A model generated the notes under the pieces. That model saw only the letters and a program-made list of their open reading frames with translations. It was not told the DNA's origin and made no database searches. Source: an uncultured Desulfosarcina sp. (GTDB lineage Bacteria > Desulfobacterota > Desulfobacteria > Desulfobacterales > Desulfosarcinaceae). Taken from it: DNA of 64,000 nt. The stretch is taken from contig CAXXWQ010000001.1 of the NCBI GenBank assembly GCA_963674945.2, positions 352,001 to 416,000 on the forward strand. The letters are read 5' to 3'. The translations under genes were made by a program, and so were the position numbers. Each line of letters starts with the position of its first letter. Positions within the stretch are counted from its first letter, which is position 1. Positions 29,343-37,621 of this stretch are shown one piece after another.

Positions 29343-30569
29343 TCATTTCGTCAGGAAAAGATGACGCGTAAACATTCCATAGCGCCATAACAATTGAAAA
29401 GGCCGGAAAAAGTAGTAAACGTATACTTTCCAAGATGAAGTGGAAATACCGTATCGATAGGACATTTCGGCACGATTGGGGAAAAAGCGACGTTGGAGCA
29501 ATGCGAATTTCCGTCTCCACCTCTTCTCGGACCCGATGCTCACAAGTGATCCTGGAATCGAGTTGGGCTGATCTTTTTGAAAAAGGGTCTTCTCCATCAG
29601 TGCAACCAATGACGGGGCTGTATGCAGCACGGGCCAGGAAATCCGAGTTCCAAGGGGATCGAAAATATTCCTGGCCGTTTGCAAAACGGCGTACGATTCG
29701 CCTTGGATGCCGTAGCGCTTTGCCTCATTGTCAAAAAGCGTCCAATCGATGGATTCACCGGCATGCACCAGGAGACGGTGGATATCAACCAGCCCCCGAA
29801 GCGTTGTTTTTGTCTCACCACTGGAAAACAGATGCAGGCAAAGATGCAAGGCCATATCCGTCCAACCCAGTATCCGGGTCGGGAGGCCGGAAATGCTGGC
29901 GGCGGTCGAACGGCTCCACCAAGCGTCAACGTCCACGTGAATCCTGTTATTGATGTTCCAGTGCAGTTCGACGACCACTGATGTTTCGTCATGAATCATC
30001 GGCGCCAGATGGTGGTGATTCTTTCGGTAGTTCTCCTGAACCTCGATCGAGCTGTCGGTCCGATAACCAAGGCGTTGCAGAAGGTCTCGCGCTCGCGCCA
30101 AATCCCTTTTATGTACCAAGATATCAAGATCCTTATACGCGCGGGCACCGGGGTCATTGTATACCGCCTCGGCCAGGGCGGCCCCTTTCAGGAGAATGGC
30201 GGAAAGCCCCTCATCCCCGAAGGTCCGCAGAATCCGTTTGAGTTCGAAACCCCGGAACATATTCTGGGCAAAATTCTGAAGATACGCGTTTTTCAGCAAC
30301 GCCACCGTTTCCTTCGGGATGTTCAGGTCATCTGCATAACAATGCAGCTGATGATACAACAAGGGACCCAAGCCCAGGGTTTCGGCGCGTCGGAAGACCG
30401 CCTCCCATTTGGATGACGAAGCAAAAAGCCGTCTTGTTTCCATCACCCATTGGTCGTCTTGTGGAAGTTGAAGGGCATGAACGAGTGTTCGATTTTCCCT
30501 GTGGTTGTCCATGGGTTTCCCCCTTACTGTGTAACCGTACCGAGTCGCCCCGTGTATCGGTTTGTCCAA
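29343..30569 (-). CDS. Nucleotidyltransferase (NTP_transf_5-like); start may be 30512
   Basis: ILLKGAALAEAVY..PGARAYKDLDILV; VVELHW; LHLCLH; LVDI. Confidence 0.88.
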   Translation of the reverse strand: MDKPIHGATRYGYTVRGKPMDNHRENRTLVHALQLPQDDQWVMETRRLFASSSKWEAVFRRAETLGLGPLLYHQLHCYADDLNIPKETVALLKNAYLQNFAQNMFRGFELKRILRTFGDEGLSAILLKGAALAEAVYNDPGARAYKDLDILVHKRDLARARDLLQRLGYRTDSSIEVQENYRKNHHHLAPMIHDETSVVVELHWNINNRIHVDVDAWWSRSTAASISGLPTRILGWTDMALHLCLHLFSSGETKTTLRGLVDIHRLLVHAGESIDWTLFDNEAKRYGIQGESYAVLQTARNIFDPLGTRISWPVLHTAPSLVALMEKTLFQKDQPNSIPGSLVSIGSEKRWRRKFALLQRRFFPNRAEMSYRYGISTSSWKVYVYYFFRPFQLLWRYGMFTRHLFLTK

Positions 30570-31033
30570 TGCGGCATGGGATAGCGATAGGTTTCCGTGT
30601 ACGTTGCCGTCATTTCAGGCTCAATTTCCAGAAAGAGATCCTTGTGGTACAACAGCCAGGCGTGACCTTCCAGTTGACCATGGACATCTTTGCCCTCGGC
30701 AAAAGGGAGCCGGATACCAAAACAGATCTGGACCGGCATCCCGATGCCGCGTAAGAAGTGGTAGAGGACAAGGGACCGTTTCAGGCAGGTCTGTTTCCAG
30801 ACACCAATGTTCCATCCCAAAATGAAATCCGTGTATTTTATAATTTTCGCCTCGGTTTGATCCGTACCCGGCGCGGTGGAGGAATTTTTGTTCTCAGGTG
30901 TCAATCGGGCCAGCAGACAAGGCAGGGTATGCCATTTGATCAATGCCGGCAACATCGTAATCAGGGCGAAGATTCGATAAAACAATCGGAAGTCCTGCCA
31001 ACAGGTGATATTTCTTCTCAGTTTGCGTATCAT
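30524..31033 (-). CDS. Lasso-type B2 leader peptidase (transglutaminase-like)
   Basis: TCLKRSLVLYHFLR...ICFGI...EGHAWL, with catalytic Cys and His intact. Confidence 0.9.
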   Translation of the reverse strand: MIRKLRRNITCWQDFRLFYRIFALITMLPALIKWHTLPCLLARLTPENKNSSTAPGTDQTEAKIIKYTDFILGWNIGVWKQTCLKRSLVLYHFLRGIGMPVQICFGIRLPFAEGKDVHGQLEGHAWLLYHKDLFLEIEPEMTATYTETYRYPMPHWTNRYTGRLGTVTQ

Positions 31034-31034
31034 T

Positions 31035-32006
31035 CTAATGCCTCGTCGGAAGATTGGTAATAAGAGAAGATAATTTCGTTGGATCCTCCAAAAGGTCTAT
31101 CCCTCCCAAAACTTCGAATCCGCATGTACTTTGAACTATGCTCTTCACCATTTCCAGCTGTTGCTTGGCGATAACAGAGTCCGAAGACAGAAGAATTTGT
31201 TTCATGAGCCGTGTAAACATGTCCGTGGGACCCAGGGGAGACAGAACGCTGGTCCGCCGTGAACAGATGCGTGGAAATAGAATCACATCCGGTTCGAGCC
31301 ATTCTATGGGGGCCCCTTTGAAAAATTGCGATACATTCACGGACATTTTTTCTCCATCGGCAAAATCAACGGTTGAGAGAAAATCGAGCTCATCGTAGCG
31401 CCGGCAAATATCCTGGGATACGTGAAAGTCCCGATACCATGGATAGGCCCGGATGACACCAGCCCGGTTGTCTATGAGCAGTGAGTCATCGGATACATAA
31501 TCGAATCCGCTTCGTACAAGGTTGAGGGCGGAGGTGGTTTTACCGCATCCTCCATCGCCGGATATCAGGTAACCGATGCCATGGTAACGAAGGGCTGCGG
31601 CATGCAGGTAAAAGCGCCCGGCCGCTCTCATGGTTTCGATGAGAGGGCCGCTTACCAGGGAACAAATGGTGGACATTTCATTTCGAATCTCCGGTCGGAT
31701 GAAGCAATCGCAACGTCGGGATGCCAGGTCGAACCGGACAATGGAGCCGTCCTTTGCGGTGTAATAGTATCGACTGTCCGCACGGTAGCTTTTCGTAACC
31801 GCCATTTCCACTACGGGCAATGCCTCTTCAGGAAGTCGTGGGGGGGATGACTGGATTTTGACGACAATTGTTATGGGGGCCAACGACGATTCATCGTTTC
31901 CTTTGCACAGAGAATCGAAATATTCTTTCAGTCCGGGATATAACAAGTCCTCACATTCGAGCTTTACAGGAAGTGATTGGACTATGAAGTTATCGTTGAC
32001 CGCCAT
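31035..32006 (-). CDS. HPr-kinase-like P-loop kinase
   Basis: YLHAAAL...LISGDGGCGKTTSA...YVSDD; probable start MAVNDNF after GGAGG. Confidence 0.85.
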   Translation of the reverse strand: MAVNDNFIVQSLPVKLECEDLLYPGLKEYFDSLCKGNDESSLAPITIVVKIQSSPPRLPEEALPVVEMAVTKSYRADSRYYYTAKDGSIVRFDLASRRCDCFIRPEIRNEMSTICSLVSGPLIETMRAAGRFYLHAAALRYHGIGYLISGDGGCGKTTSALNLVRSGFDYVSDDSLLIDNRAGVIRAYPWYRDFHVSQDICRRYDELDFLSTVDFADGEKMSVNVSQFFKGAPIEWLEPDVILFPRICSRRTSVLSPLGPTDMFTRLMKQILLSSDSVIAKQQLEMVKSIVQSTCGFEVLGGIDLLEDPTKLSSLITNLPTRH

Positions 32007-32118
32007 CGTTTCCTCCAACAATGGAAAATAAGTATCGTGTCCGCTGCCATTCGTTTACATCGGTCAATTGGAAAAAGCACCGATATTGTATCTCTACTTC
32101 TTGACGATCCGTTTAACG

Positions 32119-32184
32119 ATCTGTGTTTTGACGGGCACCGTGTCCATCCGGAAAGAAATATTATTAACTCCCGGATGGACACGG
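32119..32184 (-). terminator. Stem-loop after the second precursor gene (attenuator or mRNA stabiliser)
   Basis: CCGTGTCCATCCGG ... CCGGATGGACACGG inverted repeat between the precursor and kinase genes. Confidence 0.55.
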
Positions 32185-32209
32185 ACCAAAATACAAACGG
32201 TATGATGCC

Positions 32210-32347
32210 TTACGCTTTCGTCGTGGTAAAAGGTCCGTCATCGATGACTGAAACGTCGCGACGATAGCATCCCAACTGCAGCGTCACTTTGTCCAACGGT
32301 TGTTCACATTTTTTCATTTCGGGTTTGATGAACTCTTTTTTCTGCAT
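32210..32347 (-). CDS. RiPP precursor peptide A2 (45 aa)
   Basis: MQKKEFIKPEMKKCEQPLDKVTLQLGCYRRDVSVIDDGPFTTTKA with AAGGAG RBS; paralogue of A1. The ORF track over-extends the start. Confidence 0.85.
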   Translation of the reverse strand: MQKKEFIKPEMKKCEQPLDKVTLQLGCYRRDVSVIDDGPFTTTKA

Positions 32348-32439
32348 GTTTCTACTCTCCTTTTTGAAATAGTCGGGTTTTAGAAGAACCGGAAATAAAG
32401 ATTGTCCCTTTCCGGATGGACACAAACAGATGCTACGCC

Positions 32440-32574
32440 TTACCCTTTGGCCGGATCAAAAGGGCCGTCCTGGATGGGTTGTTGGGGACGATAGCAACCC
32501 AGCTGCAGGGTCACTTTGTCCAACGGTTGTTCACATTTTTTCATTTCGGGTTCGATAAACTCTCTTTTTTGCAT
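32440..32574 (-). CDS. RiPP precursor peptide A1 (44 aa, not in the ORF track)
   Basis: Manual translation MQKREFIEPEMKKCEQPLDKVTLQLGCYRPQQPIQDGPFDPAKG*, with AAGGAG RBS. Confidence 0.85.
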   Translation of the reverse strand: MQKREFIEPEMKKCEQPLDKVTLQLGCYRPQQPIQDGPFDPAKG

Positions 32575-32625
32575 GGCGCGACTCTCCTTTTGAAAATAGT
32601 GGGGTGTTAGAAGAAAATGGGATCA

Positions 32626-32898
32626 TTATGCGGTTGTGATCAATCCCTCCTCTTCCAGTCGATGGGTAAATTGTAATACACTGTCGAACGCATTTTGCTC
32701 ATCCACTTCGAAAGAATCGAGAAGGGAATCGACAATCTGGGACACATGCATATTCTTAAGGTAACCATTCCAGATATGCAGACTGGATTCATTGATATGA
32801 TAGTAGTATTTCGTTTCAACATCCAAGAGTACGGCACCGTCATCCAGTTCCGTACAGACCACCGTCGGTTTCACTTGGTAGTTTTGATTTCGTTGCAT
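32626..32898 (-). CDS. PqqD-family RiPP recognition element (B1-like)
   Basis: VVCTELDDGAVLLDVETKYYYHINESSLHIW...FEVD...LEEEGLI; probable start MQRNQ (GGGGAG RBS, 90 aa). Confidence 0.9.
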   Translation of the reverse strand: MQRNQNYQVKPTVVCTELDDGAVLLDVETKYYYHINESSLHIWNGYLKNMHVSQIVDSLLDSFEVDEQNAFDSVLQFTHRLEEEGLITTA

Positions 32899-32979
32899 TT
32901 GTTTCTTTTCCCCCGTTTGTGATAAAAATTTCCCGAAAGTCTCTTTGGACATTGCAATTTCTCTTTTCTCTTTGTTCAC

Positions 32980-32996
32980 AGCAGTATTCATGCCAA
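32980..32996 (-). promoter_or_regulatory. Probable sigma-54 promoter of the RiPP operon
   Basis: TTGGCATGAATACTGCT (GG-N10-GC), with an AT-rich tract upstream. Confidence 0.65.
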
Positions 32997-33241
32997 AAGT
33001 AATAAATGAAGTTAAATATAATAAAAACAGACGGTTTTATATAATTGGCCTTGGCCATGTCGTATGGAAAAAATGATGGAAATGAATTGTTGCTATGAAA
33101 AAAATTACCCAATTCAATCGATTTGCCTTGTGGTTACATGAGGTTGGTTCATTTTCCACACTTGAAGCGTTCTGCCTTTTATGCGAAATTATTTCTTCCC
33201 GAACCATTACAACCTCGCAGAAAAACCGAAAGGAAACAGTT

Positions 33242-35602
33242 ATGTCTCCGGATATCATAGCGGTGTTGGCAATCCTTATCGGTGTCCTCATCCTGCTGAT
33301 CACCGAATGGGCACCCTTGGAGACATTGGCCATGCTGGTCATGGGGATGCTGGCCATTACCGGCATCGTCAGCCCGAAGGAGGCACTGGCGGGATTCAGC
33401 AGCCCGGCCGTGATCACCATCTGGGCGGTCTTTATCCTGAGTGGCGGATTGACCCGAACCGGCATCGCCAATATCCTGGGGAGACAATTGTTGAAGGTTG
33501 CCGGTGGGGGAGAATCGATATTGGTCATCATCATCATGACCATCGCCGGCGTGTTGTCGGCTTTCATGAACAACGTTGCCGTCGCCGCACTCATGCTGCC
33601 CGTGGTCATGGACATCGCCCGCAAAACCCATCGCTCACCGTCCACCTTATTAATGCCTCTGGCCTACGGGTCGTTACTGGGGGGCCTGACCACCATGATC
33701 GGCACTCCGCCGAACATCCTGGTCAGCGATGCCCTCTTCGAAAATGGACTGAAACCCTTCGGTCTCTTCGATTTTTCCCCCACCGGCCTCTTCGTCATGT
33801 TCGGGGGAATCGCCTTTGTCACCTTTGTGGGCATCCGATTCCTTCCCAAGCGAAATCCCGCGAAGGAGGCTGCCGAAGGCCGACAGGATTTTCGCTCCCA
33901 CTACCGTTTGAAGGAGCAACTGTTTCGCATACATATCCCAAAAGGTTCGGCACTGGTCGGCAAAACCTTGGCCGACAGCCGGCTGGGAGCGGCCCTGGGG
34001 GTAAACGTCGTGGGGATCACACGGAAGGACGAGACCTTGCTTGCCCCTGCCAGCGCAGAGACCCTGAGGGCGGATGACGATCTGGTCGTTCAGGGCAATA
34101 TGGATCAAATCCGTGAGATGAACCACTGGGGACAATTGCTGACCGAAGCGGAAACAATCGACCCTGACGAGCTGTCGGCGCGTGGCATGGGGTTTGGCCG
34201 CCTCGCATTGCATCCCGGCGATGGCCATTCGGGCCGGAGCCTGGCGGAACTGGGATTTCGCAATCGATTCGGCCTCAATGTGCTGGCCATCGAACGCGGT
34301 GAACGGCTGCTGGACACGGACCTGAGGAATCAATCCCTTTTGGCCGGAGACATCCTCTTGGTTTATGGCTCTCAGAAAAAGATTGCGGCAGCGGGTGAGG
34401 ATGACCGGTTCACGCTGCTGGAAACCATCGACCGGAAAGACCAACCCCTTGCCGACAAACTGGCACATGATTTTCGACGGCTTCGCGTTCCCGATGGATC
34501 CAAGCTGGTGGGGCGAACCTTGACCGAGAGCCGCCTGGGCGATGCTACGAACATCCAGATCCTTTGCATCATCCGAAAGGATGGAACGACACTGGTTCCC
34601 ACCTCCGACGAACGCTTCGCCCCTGCGGATCGACTGATCGTATGGGGAAAGGCAAACATGATTTCCGTCTTGCTGATGCAAGGTCTCGAGGGCATCCTCG
34701 TGGAGGAGACAACGGATACAACGGACCCTGCCATGCTGGAAGATGACCAGGTGGGGTTGGTGGAGGTGATGCTTTCGCCCCACAGCACGCTTTCCGGTAT
34801 GCGTTTGAGAGAACTCAATTTCCGGGAAAAATACGGTCTCACCGTTCTGGCCATCTGGCGAAAGGGCCGTGCCTACAAAGAGGATCTTCGCGAGATGGCC
34901 ATTACCTTCGGGGACGCACTGCTTTTGCATGGACCAAGGCAAAAACTCCATCTGCTGGGCAGTGAACCCGATTTTCTGGTACTCACGGAAACAGTCCAGC
35001 AAATGCCCCGGGAAGAGAAGGCAAAGATCGCCCTGGGCATCATGGCGGCCGTCCTTCTGCCGGTGATCATGGGGTGGGTGCCGATTTACATCGCAGTCGT
35101 TATCGGTGCCGCTTTCATGGTCATTTCGGGATGTCTTACCATGGATGAGGCCTATCGATATATCGAGTGGAAGGCCGTTTTTCTCATCGCCGGCATGCTG
35201 CCACTGGGAACGGCTCTGGAAAAAACCGGTGCCGCCAGGCTCTTGGCCGAAGGCGTAATCGGTTCGCTGGGCCCGTTCGGTCCCCATGCAGTGCTTTTCG
35301 GTCTTCTATCCATCACCTTTGCGGCCACAAGCATCATTCCCACTTCGGCCCTGGTGGTATTGATGGTGCCCATCGCGCTGGAATCCGCCTCGGGGCTGGG
35401 CATCTCCCCCTATGCTCTCATGATGGGCATCGCCATGGCGGCTTCCTCCAGCTTTACTTCCCCCATTTCCCATCCGGCCAACGTTCTGGTGATGGGGCCG
35501 GGCGGGTATCGGTTCATCGACTACGTTAAGGTCGGCGCTCCCCTGACGATGGTGGTTATGATTATTCTGATGGTGGTACTGCCCATTTTCTGGCCCCTGT
35601 AA
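33242..35602 (+). CDS. SLC13/CitMHS permease with TrkA-C domains
   Basis: SAFMNN, GGLTTMIGTPPN, repeated TrkA-C units, PISHPANVLVMGPGGYRF; probable start MSPDII. Confidence 0.92.
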   Translation: MSPDIIAVLAILIGVLILLITEWAPLETLAMLVMGMLAITGIVSPKEALAGFSSPAVITIWAVFILSGGLTRTGIANILGRQLLKVAGGGESILVIIIMTIAGVLSAFMNNVAVAALMLPVVMDIARKTHRSPSTLLMPLAYGSLLGGLTTMIGTPPNILVSDALFENGLKPFGLFDFSPTGLFVMFGGIAFVTFVGIRFLPKRNPAKEAAEGRQDFRSHYRLKEQLFRIHIPKGSALVGKTLADSRLGAALGVNVVGITRKDETLLAPASAETLRADDDLVVQGNMDQIREMNHWGQLLTEAETIDPDELSARGMGFGRLALHPGDGHSGRSLAELGFRNRFGLNVLAIERGERLLDTDLRNQSLLAGDILLVYGSQKKIAAAGEDDRFTLLETIDRKDQPLADKLAHDFRRLRVPDGSKLVGRTLTESRLGDATNIQILCIIRKDGTTLVPTSDERFAPADRLIVWGKANMISVLLMQGLEGILVEETTDTTDPAMLEDDQVGLVEVMLSPHSTLSGMRLRELNFREKYGLTVLAIWRKGRAYKEDLREMAITFGDALLLHGPRQKLHLLGSEPDFLVLTETVQQMPREEKAKIALGIMAAVLLPVIMGWVPIYIAVVIGAAFMVISGCLTMDEAYRYIEWKAVFLIAGMLPLGTALEKTGAARLLAEGVIGSLGPFGPHAVLFGLLSITFAATSIIPTSALVVLMVPIALESASGLGISPYALMMGIAMAASSSFTSPISHPANVLVMGPGGYRFIDYVKVGAPLTMVVMIILMVVLPIFWPL

Positions 35603-35738
35603 GAGAGCCTGCATGAAAAAGCCCGTTTAAGGCCCGCTACCGGCGTTGGAAAACGTCTCAAAATGCTCACATATTACATATATGCTCCGCTTTCGAGCCG
35701 TTTCCCGCTTTGCCATCAACCTTGAACGTCGGATTTTG

Positions 35739-35884
35739 GACGGCTTCGTAAAAAGCTCGCGATCAAGGATTGCGAGCCACGAGAATACCGCTATCGCGGG
35801 TGCCGTAGGCAGCGTATGCACGAATACGTTGCAGTGACGAGGGGCGAAGCGTAACGCAGATATCGGGCTTTTTAGGAGGTCGTC
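35739..35884. repeat. MITE-like element with imperfect terminal inverted repeats
   Basis: GACGGCTTCGTAAAAAGC ... GCTTTTTAGGAGGTCGTC between convergent genes; a second IR-bounded segment abuts it at about 35603-35737. Confidence 0.55.
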
Positions 35885-37082
35885 AAACTGTGAGTTTTTC
35901 CGATTTCAGCATATACGCCAGTCCAATTCCTACGATAAATCCGGCGGCCAGGTTGGAAGCTAGGGTGATGCCCAGGATCGTCACCACCACGAACAACTCC
36001 TTGCGTTTGTCTACGTCCAGGATCGTCAGCGCAAGTTGGCTGCCGGAAAAAAGCAGGAGGACACCCAAGATGGCCATGGGGACCAGATGGAACAGTGCAA
36101 GAGTTTCGTTTCCGAAAATCAGGGTGAAGAGGAGAAAAAGGGCACCGATCATCAGATTGGACCCGGCGGATCGGGCGCCAAAACGGTAATGGGCGGCCAG
36201 TCCGCCCGCACCGTGACAAATGGGCATGCCCCCCAAAAGGGCGCTGACGAAATTGCCGAGGGCCATGCTCACGCACAAGGATCGACCGGTCACCCGGCGG
36301 GCCGCGTCGCCGAAGTAGTTGATGGACAGGTCCATGTCGGCGATTACCGCATTGCCCAGTGTCATGGGCATCTGGGGGACGACCAGGGCCAGCAGGGCGA
36401 AGGTGAAGTCCACACCCTCGGGAAATCCTAAGGGGAGAAGGGTGGGCAGATGCAACCCGGGGCGAATACCGGCCAATCCGGTTCCCCTGCCCATCGTAAG
36501 ACCGATGAGAATGCCTGCTCCGACGATCATCAGGCCTGCGGGTGCTTTTTTGTTCTCCAGCAGCAAGAGGGTGAGAAGACAGCCGCCGATACCGATAATC
36601 ACCCCAAAGGGGACGGGGCCGATGGATTGAACGGCCAGGTATGGTTCGGCCATCTGGTGAAGGGCCTGAAGCCTGGTCTTGCCGAGCATGAATCTGACCC
36701 CTTCGGTCATCAAAAGGGTTCCGGTGGAGAGCTGTACGCCGCGAACGGCGGCCTTGGGAATGTACCGGCCGATGAAATCAATGGCCCCGGTGGCGCCGAT
36801 GAACAACAGGCAGGCGCCCATGAGAATCCCCGATGCCATGATCTGATGGGGCGTCATGGCGGTGGCGATGGCATAGGCGCCGATCACCTTCATGGGTTGA
36901 ACGGGCGTGGTAATACCGAAATAGAGGCCGGTGAAGATGTAGAACAGCCCGACGCTGCAAAACAGACCCGATGGGTCCAGTCCGTTGACCATGACCATGC
37001 CGATGGCAAGGGGCAAAAGGGTCCCCAGGTCTCCCAAAGATCCGGCAAACTCCATTCGGCTGAAGCTGTAAGGCAGGGGCAT
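35883..37082 (-). CDS. Putative sulfate/molybdate transporter (MOT1-like)
   Basis: EFAGSLGDLGTLLP, PVQPMK, GGMPICHGAGGLAAHYRFGAR; probable start MPLPYS. Confidence 0.9.
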   Translation of the reverse strand: MPLPYSFSRMEFAGSLGDLGTLLPLAIGMVMVNGLDPSGLFCSVGLFYIFTGLYFGITTPVQPMKVIGAYAIATAMTPHQIMASGILMGACLLFIGATGAIDFIGRYIPKAAVRGVQLSTGTLLMTEGVRFMLGKTRLQALHQMAEPYLAVQSIGPVPFGVIIGIGGCLLTLLLLENKKAPAGLMIVGAGILIGLTMGRGTGLAGIRPGLHLPTLLPLGFPEGVDFTFALLALVVPQMPMTLGNAVIADMDLSINYFGDAARRVTGRSLCVSMALGNFVSALLGGMPICHGAGGLAAHYRFGARSAGSNLMIGALFLLFTLIFGNETLALFHLVPMAILGVLLLFSGSQLALTILDVDKRKELFVVVTILGITLASNLAAGFIVGIGLAYMLKSEKLTV

Positions 37083-37116
37083 GGTACGTTCCTTCCCATT
37101 TCTGGATGTGGACTGG

Positions 37117-37620
37117 TTATCGGTTTGTCGGTTCATTGTCTTGTACGAATCGATCGTCGGATGTCGTGGTCCGGCTATCCCTTTTGCTTTTCTCCAACCA
37201 GCCCGAACGGGCATTTTCCCGCACATCGAAGGAGGGCACCCACGGTTTGATGTCGAGCAGCGGGGTGCCGTCCAATACATCCACTCCCTGTATCGCAAGG
37301 ACGTGGCCTTCAATTCCGAGCAATTTGACGATGGAAAGGCCGATTGGATTGGGCCTTCTCGGTGCACGTGTGGAAAACAAACCCCTTTCCACGGTATCCA
37401 AAAAAGGCGTCACCGACAGGCGGTACCCTTGGCAGCGATGAAAATAATAGAGTAAAATAATGTGAGAAAAACCCTCCAGGTCCGATAGCCCCTCTTCGAA
37501 CCGGGGGTCGAGAACGATATTTCCCGTCACATCTTCTGCTCCCGACGGCTGGATGGGCATGTTCTCCAGCGTCGTGAAGGGAGAATGGATGGTGCCGATG
37601 GGATGAAATCTGATTTCCAT
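37117..37620 (-). CDS. tsaA: tRNA m6t6A37 methyltransferase TrmO
   Basis: PIGTIHSPF...RGLFSTRAPRRPNPIGLS...DVLDGTPLLDIKP. Confidence 0.93.
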   Translation of the reverse strand: MEIRFHPIGTIHSPFTTLENMPIQPSGAEDVTGNIVLDPRFEEGLSDLEGFSHIILLYYFHRCQGYRLSVTPFLDTVERGLFSTRAPRRPNPIGLSIVKLLGIEGHVLAIQGVDVLDGTPLLDIKPWVPSFDVRENARSGWLEKSKRDSRTTTSDDRFVQDNEPTNR

Positions 37621-37621
37621 G

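Noticed and set aside
27460..32996. Calling the cluster a standard lasso peptide or PQQ locus
   Set aside because: No lasso cyclase and A1 lacks a ring acceptor; no pqqB/C/E and no ExxxY precursor motif.
33674..35287. 537-aa minus-strand ORF
   Set aside because: Antisense shadow of the SLC13 permease.
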